This document shows, in pieces, positions 10,778-22,745 of a DNA stretch of 33,361 nucleotides. The stretch comes from Amoebophrya sp. A120 (taxonomy: Eukaryota; Protista; Dinoflagellata). Where the stretch lies: positions 168,883 to 202,243 of the forward strand of contig CAJINV010000026.1 in the NCBI GenBank assembly GCA_905178155.1, in the 5' to 3' direction. Position 1 is the first letter of the stretch. Every line of letters begins with the position of its first letter. The position numbers and the translations under genes are program-made. The notes under the pieces are model-generated. The model was given only the letters and a program-made list of their open reading frames with translations. It did not search any database and was not told where the DNA came from.

Positions 10778-11506
10778 GACTGCTTTATCCGAATATTTTC
10801 TTGGAGGCTTTTTGTAGCCGCAAACTTATACATAAAGATCACAAGAGCAACATCAGATCGGATTTTTGAAGAGAATAATCGGAGTTCGCTGCCGTCGTGT
10901 TCTTCACAAGTTCTGTGGGTACGATCCCGGGATCCAAGTGTTGTCGAATTTCTTCATCAACATTTGAACATTGGTTTCCCTCTCCACTCCGCTGGCTCTA
11001 CGGTTGCTCGCACGGGACCCGGTCCGGAGTGAGCAACACCACCGCGGCAAGAAAACCTTCGCTGTGCATAGGTTCTGTCGCCAATTGACAGTGTTGCATC
11101 AGTTCGCCGCTACGTCGTCCCAACGTATGTAAGTCGTTGTCGGTGATGAAGCCTTAGTAGTACCTTTCGGATACTAAAAAGTACTTCCGGAGGGAAAGAC
11201 AAGTCCCTACTAGGTTGACCGGTCTGCGTCCTCCACGGTACTCCTATTACACTACCTCGCCCCCTGACACCTCCTAACTACCCTAAAGGACGGGAAGCCA
11301 GCCTGGTCTTTGCAATTTTGTGGACTCTAGAGCTAAGTCATCTACTGCTAACTACTAACACAATAAATCCGCTACAACCAGAAGAAAAAGTGATAAGTAC
11401 TCGAAGCCTGCTATCGACACCCAAAATTGCCAGAAAGCCCAACACGGACACCACGGTCGTGGGCACCAGGCGGAAAGGAGTAGCGAAATTGAGCATCGTG
11501 CGTCGA

Positions 11507-12020
11507 TATGCATGGCAAATATGTCTGGGCCTGGAAGATTAAAACTTGTCATGCTAAGTTGTAATGATGATTCAAATCTGTTCGACTCTAAGCCTTAGAT
11601 TGTCCCTTATCGACTCCTATTCTTCTACGTCCCTGGAGTCTCATTATAGCTTGAATAGGTAGTTGTTGGTTTTGGAAAGACGCGGCGGAAGAAGTGCTGT
11701 CGTTTTGTGCTGTTTTTTGGGTGCCTTGCTGCGCCCCTTTTGTTATTTGTCGCCAAAGATTCCGGTCGAGACAGTCGCGAATAATAACATGCTAAGTTGT
11801 AATAATCTGAACGATGCAAAAATCTGTGTTGCGTCAGTACCAAAAGCTGTCCGCTTTCGACCAAGTTGAGAGGGGGTCTCTCATACAGGAAAGGCATGAT
11901 AGAGACCTCAAAGAATCTGTCATCATGCTCAGTCTCGCATTCCAGACCTCATGGGTCATGGAAAACCTGCATGCCAAGTCTTGCAACGTTCCAGACATCC
12001 AGGAGTATTTGCGCTCGATA
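11507..12020. mobile_element. TIR element, family A, with nested insertion
   Basis: TATGCATGGCAAATATGTCTGGG...TATTTGCGCTCGATA; TSD GTCGA. Confidence 0.85.
11566..11787 (+). mobile_element. Nested 222-bp insertion, retroposon-like
   Basis: Flanked by the 16-bp direct repeat CATGCTAAGTTGTAAT (11550-11565, 11788-11803); ends in AATAATAA. Confidence 0.7.
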
Positions 12021-12110
12021 GTCGAAAGCCCGACATTTTTTGACTTGTCGTGTCGCGCGACGGATCACTGGGATTCAAAGCCAAGGTATTTGGCTTTCAG
12101 TTTCTTTCCT

Positions 12111-12389
12111 TCTCCTGAGTAAAAACGTCCCCACCCCAGAGTTGTCATGCAGAATTGCAAGGACAGGAACGTTTGCAATGCGCATCCCCAAGAGAGACAT
12201 TTTCAATCGGATTTCGGGATTTGTAATGCTGCAAACAGGATAAGGGGACGGCTTTGTCATTCGGCTGTGCTTGCTAAGCAGCACTACAATACAGCGAGAA
12301 ACTTGTCATGCGTGATTCTCAAAACTTCTGGATTTGTGTTGCAGAGATTCCAACTTGACTATTGGGTGGGGACGTTTTTACACAGCATA
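12111..12389. mobile_element. TIR element, family D, no TSD visible
   Basis: TCTCCTGAGTAAAAACGTCCCCACCC...GGGTGGGGACGTTTTTACACAGCATA; flanks TTCCT and CAACT differ. Confidence 0.82.
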
Positions 12390-12496
12390 CAACTGGTGGA
12401 AGTGCTACTACTGCTAGTGGTGGTTGCGCGACGAGCCCTTGTACAACTTCTAGGCGGGGTATTGCTTGCTAAATAGGGGTATCGTGCGCTAATTTT

Positions 12497-13210
12497 CCCG
12501 CTAGATTGATGTACGTACCTACCAAGAGGAAAACAAAAAAGCAGAAGGTTTTCAAATACTTGTACTTCTACTTCAGTATATATAAAAAAGTTAACTTTGT
12601 TGTATTTGGTAACCTTATCGATCCGTAACCGTAGAGCGGTATCAAAAAGAGTAAAAAATTGTAATTTCTGCAGCTGCTGAGACCAACTTCTTTCTTCACT
12701 GCTTTGAAGCTGCGCCCAGAGATAGTCAACTTGGTGACAACTTCAATTGCATCAAACATTTGCCATTCATCTCTACATCTACTTAGTACATCACATCCGC
12801 ACATAAATTTGCTGACCGAGACCGACAAATCTTCTTCAGCAAGCGCAGACAGACGTTTTATCTTCTTCTTGCACAACCGCCGCATATTCGCAATACAAGG
12901 TCTACTGACAGAGGGATCCTTCTTCGCGGTAGCAAACCGAATTGGATGTGTTGGAGAAAAAACGTTTCCTACTTCTACTCTAAGAAGAGGCAGAAACAAG
13001 TAGTACAGATGTTTTTCACGTGTCGTCGTCGTGCTCATCAATCACCTTGAGAAAAATCTTTGATACGTATTCAGTTGTACCACAGCACCTTCTTCAACCG
13101 ATACCGAACTTCAAAAACGTTTCATCATTATTGTGCTTTCTGTAGTTTACTGCCACTGTTACTTATAGTTTCTGTTATCTGATCGTGATTCTGCATGACA
13201 ACTTTAGTGC
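12497..13210. repeat. Degenerate dispersed repeat, copy 2 (decayed minus-strand ORF)
   Basis: Similar to 7460-8085; the minus-strand translations share PSVSRPCIAN...CKKKIKRLSA. Confidence 0.8.
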
Positions 13211-14099
13211 TCCTAGCGTGGCGGACCAATGATGATGTAAATCTATTCGAGGTAGTCCCCTTAGATTATCCTCTTCCGTCCTCTAAGTCTCATGATTGCT
13301 TGGATTGGTAGTCTTTCGTTGTTGTTGTTTGTTTGAAAGGAGAGTGCTGAAGATGTATTGCTGCTGCTTGTTGTTTTTGCTGATCCTGTTGTTGCGCCTG
13401 TGGTGATGTCTCGCCATAGATTTCGATCAAGGCAGTATGCGCATAATTCCCATTTGCTTACCGTCCGATCATACCTGCAGTGCATGTCGTTGTCAGTCCT
13501 ATCGATTCTTCAATACCAGTCCGCATCAGGCAACGCAAAGTTGCCCTTGGTTGCCAAGCGTTCAAAAACATTTCATCATGATATTAGTTGTGCTTGTGTC
13601 GTCGTTCACGTGTAGTGAGAAAATAATTCATCTTCGCATGGAAAAATTACTTATTGCGGTAGAATACGTATCAGCATCGTCTGAAACAGTGGCACTGGCA
13701 TCAAGAACCGATCTTCATAATTGAGCGTGACGTGAGTGTATTGCCATCCGGCGTGACAAATTCCTCTTCCACAGAACCATCCGCGGCGGCCTTTGCCTTT
13801 TCCTGCTGTAGATCAAGCGCAAGAATCTCCATTGCATTTCTCGCATGACAGATCTGATTCGTGTTGCTGGATCTTCATCATGATACTGGTCGTTGCAGTA
13901 GGATTGTATTCCCTTGATAGTGATACGACTCCTAATTTGGTGCATAGGTAAGTCGACCGTGGAGAGAGAAATTTGATTTCCGCTTCAACCGGCATCCCAG
14001 TCGACAATTTGCCATGCTAAAAGCAATGACACGTCACTGAAAGGAATGTTTGACAAATGAAGCGATACTGATCTGGCTGTCGATTAAGTATCTGGCTTT

Positions 14100-16400
14100 T
14101 GATGTAGACATTTTCTTGCGATTTGTGGCTGCAGGCCGGGCGGACTCTCGTTTTTATGGAAAATTCACTTTCGAAAGAAAGCAATTCAAACCTACACTTT
14201 ACTTTCAGAAACCGCTCCTGTGAGTTTCCCAACGCAGAAAAGAGCTAGCACTCCATCAAAACGCGAAATAACGCCGCGGGCCGGCGGTATGCTCATTTTC
14301 ATGCTGCGGGTAAAACAGCAAGAAAAGCAAGCACCGCCAAAAGCTCTTTTTTGCTTCCAGGGCGGGATTAGCTGCAAAAGCAAAACCTTGCTGGCTTTCG
14401 CAGACCTTTTCTTGCGATTTCTGGCTGCGGGCCGAGCGGACTCTCGTTTTTATGTAAAATCCATTTTCGCAAAAAAGCAAATCAAACGTATACTTTACTT
14501 TCAGAAACCGCTCCTGCAAGTTCCCCGATGCGGGAAAGAGCTAGCACTCTTCCAAAACCTAAAACAACGCCGCGGGCCGACGGTATGCTCATTTTCATGC
14601 TGCGGGTAAAACAGCACGAGAAGGAAGCACCGCCAAAAGCTTTTTTTTGCTTCCAGGGCGGGATTAGCTGCAAAAGCAAAACCTTGCTGGCTTTCGCAGA
14701 CCTTTTCTTGCGATTTCTGGCTGCGGGCCGAGCGGACTCTCGTTTTTATGTAAAATCCATTTTCGCAAAAAAGCAAATCAAACGTATACTTTACTTTCAG
14801 AAACCGCTCCTGCAAGTTCCCCGATGCGGGAAAGAGCTAGCACTCTTCCAAAACCTAAAACAACGCCGCGGGCCGACGGTATGCTCATTTTCATGCTGCG
14901 GGTAAAACAGCACGAGAAGGAAGCACCGCCAAAAGCTTTTTTTTGCTTCCAGGGCGGGATTAGCTGCAAAAGCAAAACCTTGCTGGCTTTCGCAGACCTT
15001 TTCTTGCGATTTCTGGCTGCGGGCCGAGCGGACTCTCGTTTTTATGTAAAATCCATTTTCGCAAAAAAGCAAATCAAACGTATACTTTACTTTCAGAAAC
15101 CGCTCCTGCAAGTTCCCCGATGCGGGAAAGAGCTAGCACTCTTCCAAAACCTAAAACAACGCCGCGGGCCGACGGTATGCTCATTTTCATGCTGCGGGTA
15201 AAACAGCACGAGAAGGAAGCACCGCCAAAAGCTTTTTTTTGCTTCCAGGGCGGGATTAGCTGCAAAAGCAAAACCTTGCTGGCTTTCGCAGACCTTTTCT
15301 TGCGATTTCTGGCTGCGGGCCGAGCGGACTCTCGTTTTTATGTAAAATCCATTTTCGCAAAAAAGCAAATCAAACGTATACTTTACTTTCAGAAACCGCT
15401 CCTGCAAGTTCCCCGATGCGGGAAAGAGCTAGCACTCTTCCAAAACCTAAAACAACGCCGCGGGCCGACGGTATGCTCATTTTCATGCTGCGGGTAAAAC
15501 AGCACGAGAAGGAAGCACCGCCAAAAGCTTTTTTTTGCTTCCAGGGCGGGATTAGCTGCAAAAGCAAAACCTTGCTGGCTTTCGCAGACCTTTTCTTGCG
15601 ATTTCTGGCTGCGGGCCGAGCGGACTCTCGTTTTTATGTAAAATCCATTTTCGCAAAAAAGCAAATCAAACGTATACTTTACTTTCAGAAACCGCTCCTG
15701 CAAGTTCCCCGATGCGGGAAAGAGCTAGCACTCTTCCAAAACCTAAAACAACGCCGCGGGCCGACGGTATGCTCATTTTCATGCTGCGGGTAAAACAGCA
15801 CGAGAAGGAAGCACCGCCAAAAGCTTTTTTTTGCTTCCAGGGCGGGATTAGCTGCAAAAGCAAAACCTTGCTGGCTTTCGCAGACCTTTTCTTGCGATTT
15901 CTGGCTGCGGGCCGAGCGGACTCTCGTTTTTATGTAAAATCCATTTTCGCAAAAAAGCAAATCAAACGTATACTTTACTTTCAGAAACCGCTCCTGCAAG
16001 TTCCCCGATGCGGGAAAGAGCTAGCACTCTTCCAAAACCTAAAACAACGCCGCGGGCCGACGGTATGCTCATTTTCATGCTGCGGGTAAAACAGCACGAG
16101 AAGGAAGCACCGCCAAAAGCTTTTTTTTGCTTCCAGGGCGGGATTAGCTGCAAAAGCAAAACCTTGCTGGCTTTCGCAGACCTTTTCTTGCGATTTCTGG
16201 CTGCGGGCCGAGCGGACTCTCGTTTTCATACAAAATTCACTTTCGCAAAAAAGCAACTCAAGCGCACACTTTACTTTCAGAAGCCGCTCCTGTGAGTTCC
16301 CCGATGCGGGAAAGAGCTAGCACTCTTCCAAAACCTAAAACAACGCCGCGGGCCGATGGTATGCTCATTTTCATGCTGCGGCAAAAACAGCAGAAAAAAG
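14100..16400. repeat. 296-bp tandem satellite, subfamily 1 (about 8 units)
   Basis: Identical ORFs recur every 296 bp (14528, 14824, 15120, 15416, 15712, 16008); degenerate outer edge. Confidence 0.97.
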
Positions 16401-18800
16401 AGACACCGCCAGAAGTTTTTTTTGGCTAGCAGGGGGGGACAATAGCTGCGGGAGCAAAAGCTGCCTGGCTTCTGCAGGGATTTTTTTGCGATTTGTGATC
16501 CGCGGACGAGCTAACTCCTGTTTTTGTGCAAAATCTGCTTTCAAAGAAATCCCGGCGAAAGCGCCAGCGCATCTCTAGAAACAGCTCCTATTTGTCATCC
16601 GAAAGATACAGGAGCTACAACACCTGAAAAACCTAAAACGACACCCGCGGACGGTGGCATGCTCATTTTCCTGGTGTGGGTAAACCACCGGGAAAATAAA
16701 AGCAACATCCGCAGGAAGTCTTTTTTGCTAACAGGGGGGGAATCGCTCTGGGAAGAAAAGCTGCCTGTCTTCTGCAGGGCTTTTTTTGCGATTTGTGATC
16801 CGCGGACGAGCTAACTCCTGTTTTTGTGCAAAATCTGCTTTCAAAGAATGCCCTGCAAAAGCAACATCGTACCTCTAGAAACAGCTCCTATTTGTCACCC
16901 GAAAGACACAGGAGCAACAACACCCGAAAAACCTAAAACGACACCCGCGGACGGTGGCATGCTCATTTTCCTGGTGTGGGTAAACCACCAGGAAAAAGCA
17001 ACATCCGCAGGAAGTCTTTTTTGCTAACAGGGGGGGAATCGCTCTGGGAAGAAAAGCTGCCTGTCTTCTGCAGGGCTTTTTTTGCGATTTGTGATCCGCG
17101 GACGAGCTAACTCCTGTTTTTGTGCAAAATCTGCTTTCAAAGAATGCCCGGCAAAAGCAACATCGTACCTCTAGAAACAGCTCCTATTTGTCACCCGAAA
17201 GACACAGGAGCAACAACACCTGAAAAACCTAAAACGACACCCGCGGACGGTGGCATGCTCATTTTCCTGGTGTGGGTAAACCACCAGGAAAAAGCAACAT
17301 CCGCAGGAAGTCTTTTTTGCTAACAGGGGGGGAATCGCTCTGGGAAGAAAAGCTGCCTGTCTTCTGCAGGGCTTTTTTTGCGATTTGTGATCCGCGGACG
17401 AGCTAACTCCTGTTTTTGTGCAAAATCTGCTTTCAAAGAATGCCCGGCAAAAGCAACATCGTACCTCTAGAAACAGCTCCTATTTGTCACCCGAAAGACA
17501 CAGGAGCAACAACACCTGAAAAACCTAAAACGACACCCGCGGACGGTGGCATGCTCATTTTCCTGGTGTGGGTAAACCACCAGGAAAAAGCAACATCCGC
17601 AGGAAGTCTTTTTTGCTAACAGGGGGGGAATCGCTCTGGGAAGAAAAGCTGCCTGTCTTCTGCAGGGCTTTTTTTGCGATTTGTGATCCGCGGACGAGCT
17701 AACTCCTGTTTTTGTGCAAAATCTGCTTTCAAAGAATGCCCGGCAAAAGCAACATCGTACCTCTAGAAACAGCTCCTATTTGTCACCCGAAAGACACAGG
17801 AGCAACAACACCTGAAAAACCTAAAACGACACCCGCGGACGGTGGCATGCTCATTTTCCTGGTGTGGGTAAACCACCAGGAAAAAGCAACATCCGCAGGA
17901 AGTCTTTTTTGCTAACAGGGGGGGAATCGCTCTGGGAAGAAAAGCTGCCTGTCTTCTGCAGGGCTTTTTCTGCGATTTGTGATCCGCGGACGAGCTAACT
18001 CCTGTTTTTGTGCAAAATTTGCTTTCAAAGAATGCCTGGCAAAAGCAACATCGTATCTCTAGAAACAGCTCGTATTTGTTACACGTAAGACGCAGGAGCT
18101 ACAACACCTGAAAAACCTAAAACGACACCCGCGGACGTTGGCATGCTCATTTTCCTGGTGTGGGTAAACCACCAGACAAAAGCAACATCCACAGGAAGTC
18201 TTTTTTGCTAGCAGGGGGGCAGCCGCTCTGAAAAGAAAAGCTGCCTGTGTTCTGCAGGGCTTTTTTTGCGATTTGTGATCCGCGGACGAGCTAACTCCTG
18301 TTTTGGTGCAAAATCTGCTTTCAAAGAAATCCCGGCGAAACCGCCAGCGCATCTCTAGAAACAGCTCCTATTTGTCACCCGTAAGATACAGGAGCTGCAA
18401 CACCTGAAAAACCTAAAACGACACCCGCGGACGGTGGCATGCTCATTTTCCTGGTGTGGGTAAACCTCCATGAAAAAGCAACACCCACAGGAAATCTTTT
18501 TTGCTAGCAGGGGGGAGCCGCTCTGGAGAGAAAAGCTGCCTGTCTTCTGCAGGGCTTTTTTTGCGATTTGTGATCCGCGGACGAGCTAACTCCTGTTTTT
18601 GTGCAAAATCTGCTTTCAGAAAAAGACCGCTGAATGCTACACCCAACCTCTACAAACCGCTCCTGTGCGGCACCAACGACATAAAGGAACTGGGAGAATC
18701 CACAACCGCAAACGACACCCGCGGACGACCTACAGCTCATTTTCCTGACGTGGGTAAAGCAGCAAGAGAAAGAAGCAACCAGAGAAGCTTTTTTCTGCTC
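16400..18800. repeat. 296-bp tandem satellite, subfamily 2 (about 8 units)
   Basis: 296-bp period (16824, 17120, 17416, 17712); shares AAAACCTAAAAC, ATGCTCATTTTC and TTGCGATTT in register with subfamily 1. Confidence 0.97.
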
Positions 18801-19327
18801 GCAGGACCGACAACTTCGCATGAAAATACTTCCTCGCCACGCAACTTCGGCAGAAGACCGACGAAAAAACCGACACTTATGGCATTTTTGGGGTAGGTGG
18901 ACATTCATAAAGACCTTGCTCACCGACATAAAGTAAGTACTCAAACTAGAAGTACCTTCTTCATTTTCTGTTAGGTTACTCACCTACGGCCAAGAAGTAC
19001 TCGTTCTTTATCTCCGCAAGACTGAACAAACGTTTCCAGCTGTCTTCCACGTGTCTCCCGCACTACAGGGAGTCCAAATCCATTGCCATTGAAATTATCG
19101 TCGTGACCACTTGTGTGAAACAAAACTACTTTATTACGTCAGACTTTTCCTGCAGTGTCTGAAATTTCTTCTAATGCTGGTCAAGAAGCACGTACTGACT
19201 ACATGGCACTGCTTCATCGAGTTCGTGATCTTGGCAAAGTGAAGGAGACTGATTAAATACTGAACAACGCCTCGTATATAAAATTTTGCCTCTTTTGCTT
19301 TTGAATTTGGAAATCCCGACCCAGATG

Positions 19328-20093
19328 CAGAACACAGAAATTGATGTATACGAAAAAAACAACACAGGACATGATGAAAACGAATGTACATACTGAATGA
19401 CTGCCCTCTTCTGGTAAGTATAATACTCTACTTGATACTACGGCTCTGGTTCCTCCAGGAAAAAGAAATAAAGTAGTACGATTTGTGAGAATGAAATGTG
19501 GCGGAAACAGCCGATATAACTTATGGAATTTGATTTCGACAAAGAAAAGGAAAACAATAACAAATGAATGCTGTACTTGAGAAAAAGAAAAAACCTGCTG
19601 TATTCCACCAAAACGTCACTGTGTTCTGCAAGCGGAAGCTGCAGTTCCGACCGTATTTAAGTTTATCAAAAGGTCACAGCTGCTCAAATGTGCTCCGGCT
19701 CCTGCGGCGCGTCATGCTCCGGCTCTTCCGACGCGTAGGTCTCCAGGTCATAAGACGGGTCCTGCATCTTTTGCAGCCTCCGCCCGCCATTGTCCGCTGA
19801 CCGAGAGGACTTCTGACGCCCCGCCCGATAGCTGCGGGTACCCGCGGGCACCTTGGCCGCGTCGTAGCTGTGTTGATGTTATATTTTTTTTTGTCATGCA
19901 ACAAAACCAGTATAATATTAAGAGACAGGACTTTGTCATGCTCGAAGAACTACGAGTACGACATAATTTTTACACGTATATAATCAGCCGATTGCTATAA
20001 TACCTGTCCTCGTACCCCCCAGCGTAATACCCGGTTTGCACGTCGTCCAACGCCTGCGGCTTGCGCTTCTTGCGGGAAGCCTCGCCCAGAGAG
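19328..20093 (-). pseudogene. 5'-truncated paralogous copy of the 3' end and 3' flank of the CTL-like gene, lacking three introners
   Basis: Colinear with about 22745-24488. It encodes LGEASRKKRKPQALDDVQTGYYAGGYEDS-YDAAKVPAGTRSYRAGRQKSSRSADNGGRRLQKMQDPSYDLETYASEEPEHDAPQEPEHI* (stop 19684-19686) with a GT-AG intron at 19868-20003. Confidence 0.85.
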
Positions 20094-21251
20094 TATGGCG
20101 ATGGCAGAAACTTTTTGCTTCAAAACTTTTTTTTTTTTGGGCATGCAATTCACCCATCATGAGAACTAGACACCTGCTGGGCGGTGAATATTCCGCGCAT
20201 GAACAGGACGGCATTTCGTGTAGGCTGAGCTAGCTAGTCTAAATGCAGGGACAGGGTCGGCCTGCCTATCGGCTGCGTCACGGATTCGTCCTGAGCGCTT
20301 TGACCTCCAGATGCGTGACAGGTAAGTCCCCCGCCGCGGCCTTGGCGTGTCGAGAAGTAGTTCATGATATGGCAGCGCAATTCTGACTGTTCGCACAAGG
20401 GCGGCAGTCTCAAACGAGCATGGCCACGGGACCTGGCGCCCTATAGCTTCCAAAATACTCTGTGAGCCACTGATAGTGTAGGCGCACAGAGCCAATAAAG
20501 TCGCCCGCTTTATTCCGGGCCCGACTGTGTAACACCCGTCCTTGCCGGGTTCGCGTGATCATTTTTCCTGACATTGCTTTTGAAAAGCTGCAAACTTGCG
20601 GAAGAAAAAAGGGGGCTCGGCCCCCCCCTTGAGGGGGGGGTTTGGGGGACCCCCCTTCGTGGAGATACTAAGGGGGAGCACCCTTCTGCGAAGACCCAAA
20701 AGGGGGGGGGGGTTTGGGGAAGGGCCTGGGGGTACCCCTTGAGGGTTTTTGCTTGCTTCCGAAGACGCAAGATTCTTTTGCTCTTTGTAAAACAACCAGG
20801 GCTGAAAAGCGCTGGCCCGAGCCCAAGACCCGAAGTCGTGGCGTATCCGCGGCGCCTATGTCATTGGGGCCGTCGCGCTTAGCTTTGAATTGTTTGACAA
20901 CCGGACGTGGCCACCTGTTTTGCCTACCGGGGCAAGGGCCAGCTGTTTGCCACGAGCCGCGGCACAGACGGCCTCGGCTTGGCTGCGTAATTCTTTTATC
21001 CGACCAGCGCCATTCCATACTGTGTCTGTCCGGCTCCTGCGCCTGCCGTCACGGACCGGACCCGGGACGCAACCGGCGGCAAGGTCCGTCCTGTTCCTGC
21101 ATGCAGACCAGCAAATTTGACATGGGCATAAAGCCGCAGCGCGCACGCGTGAGATAGTCGCAGCTGAGACGATATCTACTTTTCGCGCTGGGTGATGCGC
21201 ATGGCGAAAAAAAAAAAAGTTTTGCAGGAAAAAGTTTCTGCCACTGCCATA
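20094..21251. mobile_element. 1.16-kb non-autonomous TAT...ATA TIR element (family G)
   Basis: TATGGCGATGGCAGAAACTTTTTGCTTCAAAACTTTTTTTTTTTT pairs with AAAAAAAAAAAAGTTTTGCAGGAAAAAGTTTCTGCCACTGCCATA; no 5-bp TSD and no transposase ORF recognised. Confidence 0.8.
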
Positions 21252-21872
21252 ACCCCCCAGCGTAGTACCCAGTTTGCACGTCGTCCAACGCCTGCGGCTT
21301 GCGCTTCTTGCGGGAAGCCTCGTCCAGAAATTCCCAAGTCTGAAAGGCCTGGTCCGCCAGTATGGCCAGCCTTCTTGCAGCCTGTTCCGGGGATCGCACA
21401 CACCTGCCCAGCATTTGCACAACCCGCACGGCAGCCCGGGAGAGATCACTGTCCGGGAGGTTGCGGCCGGTTACGGAAGAAAGGTCCATCCACGGGACCT
21501 GGCACAGGACGACGGCGGCGAGGTTTTCCGGGGGGTTCCATCCGTTCTTCACTGTTAATACACTGCAGGCAGCATATCGCGTTCTCAACTCCAGACGTAC
21601 GGCATATCGCGTTCTCAACTGTTAATACACTCTCAACCTGTGGTCTGCGGTAGCGGTCATCCGCGCCAACTTCGATCCCGGCGGAGACCCAAGGGACCGC
21701 TTGCATGGCCAATCAATGTCTGAAAAACCCTGGCCGAACGAAAAGAAGAGAGCGGCTTGCTCGCGGGAACTTTCGCTTCAGCGTCATATTTGAGGCGTGT
21801 GTGTGTGAGTGTGTGCGCAGCTGCGGCATCTCGCTGCTCAAGATTGCGCAGCGACAAGCTCTATATGCAAAC

Positions 21873-21957
21873 TCTCTCTCTCTTCTTTTCTCCTTTTTTC
21901 TCTCTTTTTCTTTTTCTCTCTTTTTCTCTTTTTTTCTCTTTTTCTCTCTTTTTTTTT
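21873..21957. repeat. Polypyrimidine (C/T) tract
   Basis: About 85 nt of only C and T. Confidence 0.9.
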
Positions 21958-22041
21958 AGTGTGTTCTATTTTTCCTATAGCTCCTTCTTGCCGAGCCAGA
22001 TCCAGAACGCCGAAATTGATGTGTACGAAAAAAACAACACA

Positions 22042-22745
22042 TTTCGTCCAGATCCTATGCATTGCAAATACCGATCCGGGTCTGGAAGGATGGAACTTGT
22101 CATGGTACCTTTGGATTCGTTTTAAAATGTGTATTACTGCAGATATGTCTGGCTCTGGAAAAGTCGGGGCTTGTCATGCACATTTTGCATGAGCCCTCAG
22201 GTCTGTGATGCTGGTGCTAGCATCACAAATTTTCTGAGAGCTTCTTCATGCTAATTACGCATGACAAATGCCCTCTCCACGTGCCACGAGCTGACTCCTC
22301 TTGCTGCTCATGCAACACAGATATTTTTAGAATCCGCAGACACCATTACAAGTTCCACTCATCCAGACCCAGACATTTTTGCATTTGATAGACGTCCTCC
22401 CCCGACAAAAGAACTCGGGGATTTTTTACGCATTGGTGATTGCTCATATCGCACGAAAAAACTGTTTCACTGTGAACTTGTGATGCATAAAATGGAACAC
22501 AGACGCATTTGTCTTACTACACATGCAAGACAATGGATTTCTAGCTGTGTTTTCCCTTAGGATCCCCGCATGACAGATTTTCAGTGTCATGCGTGTCAAA
22601 CTTGTGATGCAGATTTCGCACAACCACCACAGTGAGCCAGTTTTTTCGTGGGATAGCTCATGTCAAGAGTGTGGTCCCAATAGCACCAATCGCACCCGAT
22701 GCCGTTCGAAAGGACAGCAGAATAATAGTTACAGCGATACGCGCC
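22042..22745 (-). pseudogene. Mosaic of unspliced CTL-gene fragments
   Basis: 22042-22135 is identical to 26181-26274; 22136-22390 is the body of a family A element; 22391-22745 is a diverged copy of 30065-30419. Confidence 0.85.
22447..22655. mobile_element. TIR element, family F (duplicated with its flanks from the 30121-30329 site)
   Basis: Family F TIRs; TSD GCTCA. Confidence 0.9.

Noticed and set aside
10576-10842. YYS-repeat and VVG-repeat ORFs
   Set aside because: They are translations of a 9-bp microsatellite
14100-18800. Satellite as a 5S rRNA, tRNA, snRNA or spliced-leader RNA gene array
   Set aside because: No such RNA sequence was recognised in the unit; an Rfam search would be needed to exclude it fully
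14192-18983. Tandemly repeated 65-159 aa ORFs
   Set aside because: By-products of the satellite; the ORFs are not conserved between the two subfamilies
20094-21251. Autonomous transposase inside element G
   Set aside because: No long ORF or DDE-like motif recognised
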